From Eledone cirrhosa (Eukaryota), in NCBI GenBank assembly GCA_964016885.1, contig OZ024740.1, positions 389,980,001 through 390,044,000 of the forward strand: a stretch of DNA of 64,000 nt, given 5' to 3'. The notes below the pieces were generated by a model, which saw only the letters and a program-made list of their open reading frames with translations, searched no databases and was not told the origin of the DNA. Positions 37,540 through 51,730 of this stretch are shown here, piece after piece; position 1 is the stretch's first letter, and the number at the start of each line of letters is the position of its first letter. The position numbers and the translations under genes were made by a program.

Positions 37540-38340
37540 ATTTAAGATACGATCAAGGATAACTATTGCAGTATTGTAATCGAGCCAATCAGCAATATGG
37601 TTGAAGACTGAAGCTGCGATAAAGTTAATAAGCAAAGTGAGTCTTTGTTGTTGCCTGGGATTTGAACAAGAACATTTAACATGTCCATTCTGTGTATCTG
37701 AAGTGCTGTCAGTGATATGGCCAAAGAATTGCTGTAGTTCATTGCAGAAAGTACATTGCTGGTGCAATTTGTGAAAATGCTTTTAATTGTTATGAATCAA
37801 ATCGATTAAACCATCTGATAAAATCTGCAGGTTCAGAGAACCATTCTCGTAATGGTTCTGATGAGTGATACTGAAAATTAGTCTTTCAAGAGAAGTCAGT
37901 TTAGTTGCAGTTCAAGAGAGAGGCCTCATTTGCATTCCATGATCCCCCTAAAATGTTACTCTGGTTTATCTGCAACTTTTTTTAATGAATGGCAAGTGTT
38001 ATTTTTGTTGCATTTAGGCATTTTACTTGACTGCTTGGTGGAGTTTTAGTTTAAACAATATTTTTGAAAAATGTACAAACATCCCTAGACATAAATTAGG
38101 ATCCACATGTATGAATATATTTTGAAGACTGCAGATACTGTAGAAATTTTCATGTCTGAACACACATGTAAAGGGAAGACTTGAATATTCATCTATAATC
38201 ACAGGCAAGTTACAGTAAGAATTAGATGATGGTAGAGGACCTTTGAAGATGTCATTGAACAAGTTTGGCATGGAGAGTAGAGTTAGTGTTTCAAATTGAG
38301 CATGTTTTGCAATTTTTAAGTCATTCAAGGATGACACAAA
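37540..38340 (-). mobile_element. Ancient Gypsy pol relic
   Basis: DIFKGPLPSSNSYCNLPVIIDEYSSLPF, integrase-like motif. Confidence 0.55.
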
Positions 38341-40129
38341 CTGACATTATCTACTAGATGCTTCTCTATAACATCATCTAGAATCTGTGATTCCAGATGA
38401 TGTTATAAAAGAGCATCTAGTCGACAGAAAGAATAAGATGGCGGAGTGAATGAAGTATTACACTCTGCGCATGGATTGAAAGTTAGTATCTGCTTCAGAT
38501 GAGTCATTGAATTTATGATAGAATGTGACCATAGCAATATTGTAGTCAATATAAATTACAATATTGCAGAATATTAAAGATAAGATAAAGTTAGTAAATA
38601 GTATTTGTTATTCAGTTGAGTCTGTGACTTAAGCAAGGAAATTTAGGAATGTAGTTTTCCAGTTTATTTATTCTTTGTATTGCATTTGAAGTGCTGTTAA
38701 AGTGGCTGAAGAAAATGTTCTATTACTTTTATTGTAGTGTTTCCTGTTTGAAACACATCTGTGTGTTCTGAGTGAACATGTCTAAATAATTTTTAGTTTG
38801 AGCTAAATAAATTGACCAGAACAATCAACAAGATTCAAATCATTTTATTTATCTAAAATGTTCAATTTCAGTATTTGGGGCATAAATGTAAGCATGTCCA
38901 TTTTTATAGCAAATGGTGGCAGCTGGATTGTAAGTAAAAACAGATTTCATGGCTCTCATTGTGTTAATAAAATAAATAGGTGTATTGATGCCTATATACT
39001 TGAAACATCTAGTCTTGCTCTGGTATAAAATTCAATAATTTTCAAGTTTCTTGTTGCATGGCATGAGTATCAATTTGACTGCACAGCTTAGGCTTGCCAG
39101 AATTTCTTGTTGTAAAGCCTCAGGTTAGCTCTGATTGAGCAGACTCATGGCATAGATCTACTGTTCTTGATATACCATTCTTCTGCTCCGCAGAGTACTA
39201 TACTGTGCACTCTGATATGAATTTAATTGTATGGCGTGTAGTGTTGTAGTCTGTACATGTACACTTGCCATTGTTTTGTCTATTTCTGTACACATGCTGT
39301 TGTTTAACCCCAGTTTAGCTATGATCAGCCAAACCCATGATAGGTCCATTACCATGAAGATAGTTCAGTGCACTTAGAAACACATTCAATGTCCTCCTTT
39401 CTAAGATGGTTGCCTGTGATTTGGGGAAAATTTGATTGCTACTTTTAGCAAATCAAGTGACCATGTAGTCTCCTTTGATGCCTTTCTTGTAGGTTATGGG
39501 GGATGGCTATAATGTAAGCAGTTGAGGTAGACTGTCAGTGTGATAGTTGTTGCTCTGCACTTATTGGTGGTGTGTTGCTGCATAATAGTAAGATTCTCAA
39601 AACATTGTTTAACCCTTTCATTAAGTATTTGTAATGAAATACTTAGTGGTTTTATTAATCAATGAAGAATTTAGGGCAGAGGATTGGTAGTATTGGTGGA
39701 ATGTCAGACAAAAAGCTTACAGTAAGATTTTCTGTATTTTGAATTTAAATCCTGCTGAAGTTAACTTTGACTTTCATTCTTCCAGGGTTGATAAAATAAT
39801 GTACTGGTTAATTACTGGGGTTGATCTAATCGACTTCTATCCTCATCCAAATTGCTGGCCTTGTGCCAATGCTAGAAGGAATTTGGGAAGGATTTACTAA
39901 AATTATAATTTTCTTAAAATAGCATTTGTAACATAACAAAATGTTCATATATAAGATTAATTTGGAAAGTTATGATTTAAGGAGCCCTTTAAAAGGGGTG
40001 GTTTTGGTTGGGTTAGTGTCAGGGGTTGTTATACAGATTAACTTATAGTTAAAGGAGTGCTTTACATGGTTCAGCAAATTGTGTTAGTTTGACAAACATT
40101 TAAGTAATTATTAGAATCAAAAGGTCTTA

Positions 40130-41500
40130 GTTAACTTGTCAAAAACTAAAGTCCTAGTATGTAGAAAGGAAAAAAGGGCCCAGATTCCCTCAGGGAAAAG
40201 GCCTTGCACAGTGCAGGAAAGGAGTAGGTAAAAATTTCATCCTATGTCCCAAATGCAAACTACGGGTAAATAAAAGATGTAGTGGGATCGCAGGGAGGCT
40301 ATCAAAGAACATAGGTTTTATATGCAGCCGATGCTGTAAATGTGGTTGGTGTTAGGAAGGGCATCCTGCCAGTCCTATATGAGTGAGACACGGTCTCCCA
40401 ACTAACCTTGCCTCAAGTGGGACAACTCCCATCTAGCCCATGCTAGCGTGGAAGATGGACGTTAAACGAAGATGATGATGATGATGATGCACAGGTGTAA
40501 TAAGTTGCAAGGCTGCACAGAGTACTAGTTCCTTCAAATGCCCAGACAACGCTGTAGAAATAGTTGAGTTTCCATTGCCTGAGTGATCAAATCAGCAATG
40601 GAGGAGGATGTTTCAAAAGTACAATAGCCAGAGTAAGAATGGGATGGAGAAAGTTCACATAGGTTTTTCTCTCAAAATGAAGGGCAGATTGTATGATGTT
40701 TGTATATGAACAGCAATGTTGCATGGTAGTGAAACCTGGGCACTGTGTGCAGAGGACCTGTAAAGATTGGAAAGAAATGAAGTCTGCATGCTTCAAAGAA
40801 TGTGTAATAGCAATATACATGAATGGCAAAGCGTAAATGAACTAAGAGAAATTGGGCATAAGAGGGATCAGATGCAGTGTGCAAGAGAGGAAATTGCATT
40901 GGTATGGTCACATGATGCATATGAAGGATGACAGCTGTATAAAAGGGTGTAAGACAATCAAAGTTGATGGAAGCTATGGAGTAGGAAGGCCTGGAATGAA
41001 GTGATAAAAGCTGATTTTGTATAATTGCATCTCTCAAAGACACACAGGATCGAGATCTTTGGTGTTATGTAGTAATACAGAAGACCCACCTTCCCATGCA
41101 CACGGATTGAAGCATACATCAAGTATGCACTTCTTAAGCACTATCCTCCATCTCTCTTCCACACACCGCCCATACCCTAACACCCCACCCACATCTGATC
41201 ACACCATCTTTCTCCTATGCCTTTACACCCCTGCTCTTGTCCACACTGTAAAGCAGTTGCACCCAGCTCAGACTGTAAAGTGGTCGTGAAGGTCAGGCAT
41301 GTGAAACTGAGGGCCACACACGACAACTAATTGTACACGTTACAACTATTTTTTTTCATGTTTGACATGCCTGGTGTAGGTGTCATGACAAAAAGCACCT
41401 AGCCCACACTGTAAAATGGTTATGTAGCTGTCATGACAAAAAGCACCCAGCATGCACAGTGAATGTGTTTGGTGTTAGGAAGAGCATCCAGCTGTAGAAA
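40130..41500 (+). mobile_element. Decayed RTE LINE 3' region, split by a short 3'-end insertion at ~40335-40490
   Basis: Homologous to 53568-56138 in the opposite orientation; GGAAGGGCATCC 3' motif and (GAT)n tail. Confidence 0.8.
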
Positions 41501-41664
41501 CCAAGCCAGAAACAGTTGTTGACACTGGTTGTTGAACAGACAGAAGTCTGACGACATCAACATCAACACAGAGATGAAAGATGGTGTTGGTTCTGATGCT
41601 GCTGTTAGCTGGATATAGAACTACAAGAAATATATAAACTACTGCATATGTGTGTGTATATATA

Positions 41665-43398
41665 TCATCATCATCACCGTTTTACGTCCGTTCTTCCACG
41701 CTAGCATGGGTTAGACGGGTTGTCCTGTTGTGGGCAGTGTCTGGTCGACTGACCATGCCTTGCTCATGCAGGAACTGATTTGGCTTGATTTCTACAGTTG
41801 GATGCCCTTCCTAACACCAACCTCATTTACAGTGAGTGCTGGGTGCTTTTTCGTGGCACCTACACGTCCACTTTACAGTGTGGGCTGGGTGCTTTTTTGC
41901 CGTGGCACCTCCACGACCACCTTGCAGTGGGAGGGTGTGGGGCATATTGTCTATATGCTTCAGCTTGTACCCATGGGAGGTCGGGTACTCTGTATTACTG
42001 CGTGACGCCAGAGGTCACGGTCGTGTGTCATTGCCTTTGAGAGGTGTAATTGGGTAAGGTCGGCTTTTATCACCTCATCCAGGTCATCTTGGGTCTCCCC
42101 CACTCCGCGGTTTCCATTGACTTCTAGTGCTCTGCACCTTTTTATGCAGCTGTCATCCTTCATACGCATCACATGTCCATACCAACACGACCGCCTCTCC
42201 TGCACACAGCATTTGATTCCTCTTATGCTCAGTCTCTCAATTCATTTATGCTTTGTCGTTCGCGTATATTACTATTACACATCCATCGGAGCATGCAGGC
42301 TTCGTTTTTCTCTAATCTACGTAAGTTTTCCACCTTCAGCGCCCAGGTCTCACTACCATGTAACATTGCTGTTCGGATACACGCATCATACAGTCTGCCT
42401 TTCATTTTGAGGGAGAAGCCTTTTGCAGTAGCAGTGGCAGTAGTTCCCTGAACTTCTTCCATCCCGTTCTTACCCTAGTTATTGTACTTTCTGAACACCC
42501 ACCTCCGCTGCTAATTCGGTCACCTAGGTCGCAGAAGCTGTCTACTGTCTCTACAGAGCTCTCCCAGAGATTGGTGGTACTTGTTTCCTGTGGCTGTTTG
42601 CTGCATGTGAAGCCTACATTCTTTAAGCTTCCTGAGATCCCGCTACATGTCTTGTGTACCCATTATTTGCATTTGGGGCAGAGAATCGAGTTCCTACATA
42701 CTGAGCAAGGTCATTTCCCTGAGGGGATCTGGGTTCTGTTTTTTCGTCTACTTACAAGGACCTTAGTCTTTGTCATGTTGACTTTGAGACCCTTTCTTTC
42801 TAGTCCCTGCTTCCAAGTTTGGAATTTCTTGTCTAGTTCTACCATAGATTCAGCTATAAGTGCGAGGTCATCAGCATACAGGAGTTCCCATGGGCATCCG
42901 GTCTTAAACTCCTCCATTATTGCCTGCAGGACTATGATGAACAGGAGAGGGCTAAGAACCAACCTGTACGCTAAATTCCTCTCTATACTCATTGCTAATC
43001 CTAACTTTGCTGACTGCTCCGCTTTACATGGCTTGTACAGCTTTCACAAGCCATTCATCTACTCCTAGTTTTCTAAGAGCCCACCAGATTACAGCACGTG
43101 GAACTCTGTCAAAAGCTTTCTCGAGATCGACGAATGCCAGGTACAGTGGCTTACTTTTAGCTAGGTACTTTTCCTGTAACTGCCTCACAAGGAAGAAGGC
43201 ATCAGTGGTGCCTCTTCCTGGTACAAACCCAAATTGCATCTCATCTAGTTTCACCCGGTCCCTAATCAACTGTGCTATAACTCTTTCTGTTACTTTCATG
43301 ACCTGGTCCATCAGCTTTATACCGCTATAGTTTCCTCTATCTAGTTCATCACCTTTACCTTTGTAGCAGTTGACAATGATGCTACTGCACCAAAGTTG
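41665..43398 (-). mobile_element. 5'-truncated RTE LINE, same family as 53568-56138
   Basis: QFGFVPGRGTTDA, FVDLEKAFDRVPR, LLYADDL; (GAT)n tail at 41665. Confidence 0.95.
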
Positions 43399-43415
43399 AC
43401 AATGATGCTACTGCA

Positions 43416-43450
<35 letters not shown>

Positions 43451-44806
43451 GTATATATCTGTAAAGTGGTTGTGTAGAAACCAAACCAGAAACAGTTCTG
43501 TATGAGCAAGACATGGTCATCTGACTTGTCTCACAATGGGACAACTCTTCTAACCCATGCTAGCATGGAAAAATGAACATTAAACAGTGATGATGATGAT
43601 GAATTGTTTAGGAGTAATGGTGATTGCTGATTTAGAAGAGGTGCATCATTTTGCTAAAATATTATGTTGGGCAGGTAATTTATGAATTGTAAAGCAAAAT
43701 GGTTTTGTTAATGTCATAAGCAACATATGTATGGACCTGTAACTACTGATGGTATCGTTGGAGCACTGTCATGTTGTGTTATGTCTTGAACACAGCTGAT
43801 TGTCATGTTATGTTATGTCTTGAACATAGCTGATTTCTTACTGAGAAGGAATAAGAGAAAAGGGAAAAGACTTGATTCCAGTACTTGGTTAGTACTTTAT
43901 TTATTGACCTAGAAAGGATGGAAGGCAAAGTTGACCGTAGCAAGATGTAAACTCAGAGATTTGGAATGAATACTGCAAAGCATTCTGATATTGTAATGAC
44001 ACTGCTAATCCATCACCTTAAGTAACATTACTTTTGTCTAAATACTAATCCATGAGAAGCTTATTTAAGTGCTTAATTTTATTTTTATTATATTTTGTAT
44101 CGTGTATTCTATGAACAGTAGCACGATTGGTTATAGGATTCCAACAAACCAATGTCTGATTCACTATATTTTATGATAGGGATAGTGACAAGAGAGTGCC
44201 TTTGTAACTTAAGTGGAATAAGAAGTAATTTTTTAATGTATGCTCATTTTCTGTCTGTTAGATTTACTTAGAGTATCATTCAAACTGAAGCTATAGTAGA
44301 AGAGACACTTGCCCAAGGTGTTATGCTGTAGGATGAAACTTAAAATTATGCAGTTGTGAAGCAAGATCTTAACCACACAAACATGCCTTTACCCTTGATG
44401 TTAAATAGATAATATACTATTTCTATCTGGATACTATGCTACCTGTCTTGGTTAACATTCTCACATGGTCTGCTATATATATATTAACAGCTGAAGTATG
44501 AAGAATCATATAAGCTTTTCAAGTACATCATAGAATATATGCTGTGGATATTTGAATATCATTACATTTTCACTCTTTCCAAACACATACTCACATAAAT
44601 ATTTCTGTTTGCTTTTAATATAAATTGTTAAATTGATACATGTTTTCAACAGATTCCTGTGTAGCTTTACATTCTGAGACTAGCTTGTAACAATTCAAGT
44701 TAAACATTACCTTCATCAATTTCTGAGTACTTTTGATTCTTAGTCTAGAAGGACCTACAAAGTCTAGGCATTAGCTCTTTTTTTTTTTACACTCATAAAC
44801 AGATGT

Positions 44807-44921
44807 ATCAAGTTCAATATAGAAATGCCTTCTACAGAACTAGAACTGTTTCATTCAGAAGAATTCATCAGGAATGAAACAGTTCTAGTCCTGTAGAATC
44901 CACTTCTATATTAAACTTGAT
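44807..44921. repeat. Inverted PLE pLTR pair with a minus-strand HHR core
   Basis: Minus 44875-44827 reads TTC-CTGATGA-ATTC(TTCT)GAAT-GAA-ACAG..CTGT-A/GAA; same family as 26119. Confidence 0.8.
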
Positions 44922-45269
44922 GTTTACACTCTACTAATGTATTGAGTACATTACTAATTGTGGTTACCCCCAATTAAACCTGGGACTTGTGTGTGTGAGT
45001 GTATATGTATATAATTTAAGATAAAACTATTACTAGGTTTCGACCTCAGTTTTGATAAGCAGCATGGTTTATTTCCACAAGGGTTTGGACAAGATAGTAG
45101 TTTCATTAGTTCTAATTAAATTCATTTCATGATCTTTTGAAAAAAAACTATTTTAACAAGATGCACTCATTTAGAAAATGAGGTCATTGGGTCACCAATT
45201 ACTGTTTTGACTTTATATCTAGATCCCATTTTGACTGGTTTGTTGTATTACATGTTGATGCCACTCTTG

Positions 45270-46100
45270 TCATCATCATCATCATCATCATCATCAACGT
45301 TTAACGTCCGTGTTCCATGCTTGCATGGGTTTGGACGGGGGTTTTCCCACTTGAGGCAAGAGTGATTGTCTTGCTCGCATAGGACTGTCTGGCGGGTTTT
45401 CTACAGCTGGATGCCCTTCCTAACACCAACCACATTTACAGTGTGGGGCTGGGAGTTTTTACCGTGTTGCCTACACGGCCACATTACAGCGTGGACTGTC
45501 TGGTGGGTTTTCTACAGCTGGATGCCCTTCCTAACACCAACCACATTTACAGTGTGGGGCTGGGAGGTTTTCACTGTGTTGCTTACATGGCCACATTACA
45601 GCGTGGACTGTGTGTTTTTTTTTGTCGTGACACCTACACGATCTCATTTGTTTCGGCCTGGATGTTGTGGCACCAATATAACTTTACATTGAAAGGGGCG
45701 GTGTGGATGGGACGGGGGTGTATTTTGTTAGAGATGCCTACTGACTGTAGTAGGTTTTACTTTGTATTTAGGTAAGGCGGGTCTTCTCTATTACTGAGTA
45801 CCGCCAAAGGTCTCGGTCCAGTGACATTGTCTTGGAGAGGTGTAAGTGTGTGAGGTCGGAATTTATCAGCTCGTCCCAGGTTTTTCTGGGTCTGCCTACT
45901 CCGTAGCTACCGTCTATCTTTATTGCCCTGCACTTTGTTATACAGCTGTCGTCTTTCATGCGCATCTCGTGACCATACCAACGTAGCCTTCTCTCGAGTA
46001 AACATCTGATCCCTCTTATTTCTAATTTTTTCCTTAGTTCGCTTATGCTTTGCCGTTCACATATGTTACTATTACTGCTTTGCCGTTCACGTATGTTACT
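45270..46100 (-). mobile_element. RTE LINE 3' end (other 3' fragments at ~46810-47060, 51755-51935, 52275-52870, 58190-58660, 59900-60190, 61505-62120, 63400-64000)
   Basis: MRMKDDSCITKCRAIK..GRPRKTWDELI..DRDLWR; shared 3' UTR and (GAT)n tail. Confidence 0.85.
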
Positions 46101-49100
46101 ATCATATCTGTAAAGTTTAACATCCTAAGGTTGATTCTTACCACTTAATGTTTCATTGTCAGCTCAGGGTACTCTTTCAACTGGCACTATATACTATCAA
46201 CTTAGACCCACATATTCAATGTATCTTATACAACACTTTATTGCCATGCCTTCATACATTTTTCTCATTCAATGTTGTATCTCAATTCTCCTTAGCCTGC
46301 AAAGGTTGATATCTCGGAAAGTATTTTTTAATTAGGTAGAAGTATGAATGATCTTAATCTTGTCACTGTTACCTTTTTATGTTTAATAACTGTTACCCTT
46401 TGTTGATATTTCTGTAACTGTCCCACTTTTTTCATATTTATGTAATTTTGTATATCTCTCCTTTGGTGTGTGCATGTAGGAGACAATCTTCTCTGATAAA
46501 GCTAACATGTTATTTTTATTCTTTTATTTGAGATTTTTATAGTAAGTAGAAGAGAACAGAAAAGACATGTAACTGAAGATGTGTGCAATTACTCTCTATG
46601 TAATTGCTCCTATGTTCAGTTACCAGACATTAATTTTCGTTTATAATTACTTTCTCTTTATAGCAAGAAGGGTTGTTGTTATTTTTAAACAAAGGAGCAC
46701 ACTATAGTAGCAAAGGGTTTTTTGTTTTTTATGGGATTAAGGTTATTTTTCAGCCCAACCACTTTCAATTGTAGAGACTAAGTGGGAATCACATCATGGA
46801 GAGTTACGATTAGTGGTCATGTAGGTGTTGTGACAAAAGCGCCCAGTCCACACTGTAAAGTGGTTGTGTAGGTGTCACGACAAAAAGCACCCAGCACATA
46901 CACTGTAAATGTGGTTGGCGTTAGGAAGGGCATCCAGCCATAGAAACGAAGCCAAAATCAGTTCTGTGTGAGCAAATCACAGTCCCTCTGATCTGATCTC
47001 TTGCAAAGGGACAGCCCATCCTACCCATGCTAGCATGGAAGATGGACGTTAAATGATGGGGGGTCAAGGGCTTTTCGAGCAGCCTTGACTGTCCTGACAC
47101 AAGTCCCTCAAACGATATTTACGTTATTGTATAGACGAGAAGTTACCAGACTTGAGGTCAGCACATCTGCTGGTTGCAACTGCTTATTTGTGCATCCAAT
47201 GATACCTTATTTCACAGCTTGCCATCATACTGATGGGTTGACTGCCATCCAATTTTTATTTGCTTTTGGCATTGTTTGTGACAATGTTATAAAAGTCTCT
47301 TCCAAATTTTTAGTTTTATCTTGATATTTGATAAATTAACTTCTGCTTGTTGAATTATTTAAGCTCGCTATTAATGGAATTGAAATATTGTCATTCATAA
47401 TGGGATATGTAAAATCTGTGTTCAGGCATGACTTTGTGTGTGCATCCACAAGTGAGTGAAAGAGCATTTTTCTCCAAGTTGTATTACCACTCTTATCAAT
47501 ATTTTATATAATTTCTTTTGATGCAGGCATTTAAGGTAATTTGGAAGATTAAATACATTAGAGTATTTATTTTTCTCTCTGCTCCGAGTTCCAAATTCAA
47601 CCAATATTAACTTTGAGTAAAATATTATGTTGGTTTAATTAATTACTCTCAATCCTATAAAAGTTGGCTTTTGTACTTGGTCAAAAGATATCAATGTTAA
47701 TACTTCCTCTCTGTTATATAATACGGCTCTGTATTTTTAAATTAAGATATTTAAATTTCTTTGTAGGTGGCCTACTTAGAGCTACCATCTTAGAAAAGGG
47801 CAATACATTGGATAATGTGGTCTGGTGAGCACTGTATTTGAGGAGAAAAGTAGTTGATTGAGGAGACTATACCTTTGATCATAAGTCTGCATAATTAGTG
47901 CTTATCACAGGCCAAACAATATTTAGCACTTATTTTGATGAGAGGAAAAGTATAGTTGGCTTTTACAAAAGTATTTGAGTGCTGAAAGAACTGGTGGCCT
48001 AAAGTAATATAGTGGAAGATGGTAATTGTGATCACTTTGAGATAAAGCCATTTTGATAACAATAACATGCTGAAAACATTCAATGTGATTATAATAAGCA
48101 GCTTCTTCTGTACTGCTATAGTATTCCGAGTGAAGAATTCAAAACTAGTGAACTATTTGATATATAGGACCTCTCAGACATATAAGATGTTCGTCTCCAC
48201 TTTCGCAGGGAATATTAAGAAAAAAAAAATAATTTGTGCATTTATTTGTAAGCATTCGATGTTATTGATACCTCAAGTTTGTATGTCCAAGATGATTTAT
48301 TTATTATTTTTTTTTTTTTTTTAAACAAAAAATGGGTGTCTTATATGCCATCATATATTGTTTTCTGTCCACCACAAACTTAATCAAACTTGAACATTTT
48401 CAGTGTATCAGATGTTTTTAAAAGTAATTTAATAAGTAAATAAGTTAACAGTTTATAGGGAAGTAGGGGATGGACCTGAATTGAGATTATTACATTCATG
48501 AGAACATTACTAGTGTAAGTTACTTAGGAGGGGAACAGTAAGAGTTGAAATTGAATCAAACACTTTAACAATGGGAACTTGTCTCTACACCATAGTTTTG
48601 ATTTGAAAATCATCATTTTAATGCTTGTTTTTTCATGCAATTATGTTGTGTGTGAAACAGGCTTGCGATAATGCTGCTTAATCACATTTTATTTTGAACT
48701 TGTTTCCTCTTGTTAGACTTCAACATCTTGAGATTTAACTTTGATTCCCACTTTTTTACCAACAGCAGATGTTTATTCACATCACATGCCCAAACCCATG
48801 CAGCTGCCTTTTCTGACTACATCTGCTACTTTATTTTATCGACTCCCGTAAGGATGAAAGGCAAAGTTAACCTCGGCGGGATTTGAACTCAGACCATAAA
48901 GGGCTGTAACTCTTTGCTGCAAAGCATGGCGTCCGACTCTCTGCCGATACTGCCAATCCACCACCCTGTGCCCATAAATGCCCTGCTGTTTTATTGTCTC
49001 ACTGCCCCTCAATATTTTCAATAAGTTAGCACACCCAATTAATCATTTTCAACATCTTTGCTTGTGGCCTCAGCAGATCTTCCACATGCAATTTCCATGC

Positions 49101-50209
49101 AGCATCATATTTCATTGTCTTATTAGATAATTCTAAAAAAAACTTCTCTTTAAACATCTATGGAATTTCTAGCAATGGCTAGGATGTATAATATCCTCAT
49201 TTGCTTCTCTCTTGACCATTATGTTCATATTAAGCCTCCATAGATCACTCACCCAGCCCCTCTTCTATCAATGTGCCTCCTTGCTATCTCTCTCTCCTAT
49301 GTCATGGCATTGGATCTGTCTATACTCAACGTCTCCTTATCATCATCCATTCTTTATTGTTAGCCAGCGCTCTGACTCATTATTGACATCTATTACTCTT
49401 TCTCCCTACCATTCTTTTCCCCCCAGCCTTTTCTCTCCAACCTATTACTTGTTCACATTATGTGGCTCGTGATGTTTTGACTGAAATTCCTTACCAACAA
49501 TCATGTTGTTTGGTAAGGTTAACTTTGCCTTTCATCCTTACGAGGTCAATAAAATAAAGTACCAGTAATGTACTGGGTAATTGCTGGCCTTGTGCCGAAA
49601 GTGGAAACAATTATGTTGTTGTCTATTCATTGTCTTGTTTCTGACCCCTCAACATCAATTTCTGCTATTTGCTGTGATGAGACAACTCTTTGGTACTGTT
49701 GAAGGAACTCGAATGAACACCTTGTAGTTTGACACCAGATATACTTGTAGATTTAAAATGAGATCCAGAGTTCAATACCACTTTATGGTGTTTTTTACTA
49801 ATGTCTTGGGTCAACTCAAGGCAAAAACTATAGAAGCCTGCTGGATGCACTAGACGTATAATTCAAAGGCTCAGCCTTATGCTAATTCTGTCTGAGGAAT
49901 ATGTTAATGGTACAAGTGTTTGTGGAATACTTAGCCATTTACACTATAATTAAATGAGTTGTTAATTGAACTAAAATACTCATCATTGAAACTGACAGAT
50001 ACATTTAGTTGACAGACTTAAAAACCTTGTTACTTCTTGAAAACTCTCATAGATAATGAACTTGATGGTATAAAGAACACTTTTTATCTTTAAGAGATCT
50101 TTGTTGTGTTTACTCTTATCATAGTCCTCACTTCATTTGAAGTGAGGACTATGATAAGAGTAAATACAACTTCATTTGAAGTGTGGGCATTTCAGATATA
50201 CTGAGTTAA

Positions 50210-50441
50210 CCCTTTAGCATTTGCAATATTCTATATATACTATTGTATTTTCATGGTAAAGATTTTCTTACATAATTATCTTGCATAATTGCATAATTAT
50301 CTTGCATCGAATCCTTGAGATTTTGATATTTATTTTGAGAACAATACCTTAGCGTAAATACAGGTAGCTGGTTATGGCTGGTTTGAACAGAAAGAGGTGA
50401 GAGAATTCTGACCGGATATGGCTGGTTTAAATGCTAAAGGT
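50210..50441. mobile_element. piggyBac-type MITE
   Basis: TTAA|CCCTTTAGCATTT..AAATGCTAAAGGT|TTAA. Confidence 0.85.
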
Positions 50442-50726
50442 TTAAGTCTCAGTATATCTGTTTCACAAACTGTATCTTGTAAGAGGAATTGAATTCAGCC
50501 CTGTAAGCTGAAATGTTTTTCAAATACAAAGTATTCATTATATACTTAATGCTTTATTTACGTCGGCATAGATTGAATTGTTGAAAGAAGTATTTTTGAT
50601 GAATAGATTTACTAAATGTCACTTAAAAGAATGTGAAGCCTTCTAGTGAGAATTCTGTTTATTTACAAAATAAAATTAATGAATATAGAACTATATTTTA
50701 CCTTGCTTCCATTGCTATAGGTTTAA

Positions 50727-50935
50727 CCCTTTAGCATTTAAACTGGCTGTATCTGGTCAGAATTCTCTTACTTTTCTCTTCAAACTGGCTATAACTGGTC
50801 GCTCAGCTCATACTGATGTTAAGGTATTGGTCTCAAAATAAATATCAAAATCTCATAGATTCGATAATTATGTGAGGTAAATCCTTTACCATGAAAATAT
50901 AATAGTAAATATAGAGTAATTTAAATGCTAAAGGG
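50727..50935. mobile_element. piggyBac-type MITE, inverted relative to 50210
   Basis: TTAA|CCCTTTAGCATTTAAA..TTTAAATGCTAAAGGG|TTAA. Confidence 0.9.
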
Positions 50936-51585
50936 TTAATAAACCAACAAAGCAGTTGTTATTTCAACAACTTGCAATCTTCAGGTTGTTGGGCAGTGAA
51001 ACCTTTGTCTTCTGCTGGAGAAAGTATTGTTGCATGCTGCGCACCAGATGAGGAACTGTGGAACTGTAGTCTTTTACTACCACCCTGTCTAATCCTACAG
51101 GTTCAAGCTGTGATGAGAAGCTAGCAATGTCTAAGCCATGCCTAAGTATCACATTTGAATTGTGAATATTCCATCTTTTTATTAGATATATTGTATTTAA
51201 GATTACATTATCTAATGTGTCCTTCCTATGATTTGAGATATTTCACTGCTATTTCTATGAGGTAGATCAGCTTTAGAAGTTTCCCTTATTGCCTTGTATG
51301 TTTAAGATGAGTAACAAGCTTTCACCTTTAGTAAAGAGCATTAAGCAAACCTATTTTCAGGATACCTATACACATATTTATATTAATTTTTCTGGTTAAC
51401 TGAAGATTAAATATTGAAAACCTGTTAAAATTTTATACAAATAGCTTATATGAGTGCATATGCACTACAGAACAATAAATTTATATTTGATGACCCAGGA
51501 CATTTTCACATGTATTTTATGCTCTACTTTCTGATAATAAAGGTTGTGCACCATTGTATTATACACTATATGCTACCACATGTAT

Positions 51586-51730
51586 GGAGGCACATGGCTT
51601 AGTGGTTAGAGCATTGGCCTTGGCAATCGAAAGGTTTTGAGTTCAATTCTCAGACCGGGTGATGTGTTGTTTCCTTGAGCAAGACACTTTATTTCACATT
51701 GCTTCAGTTTACTCAGCTGTAGAAATGAGA
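51586..51730 (+). mobile_element. tRNA-derived CORE-type SINE
   Basis: TGGCTTAGTGGTTAG A box, GAGTTCAATTC B box, CCTTGAGCAAGACACTT core. Confidence 0.75.
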
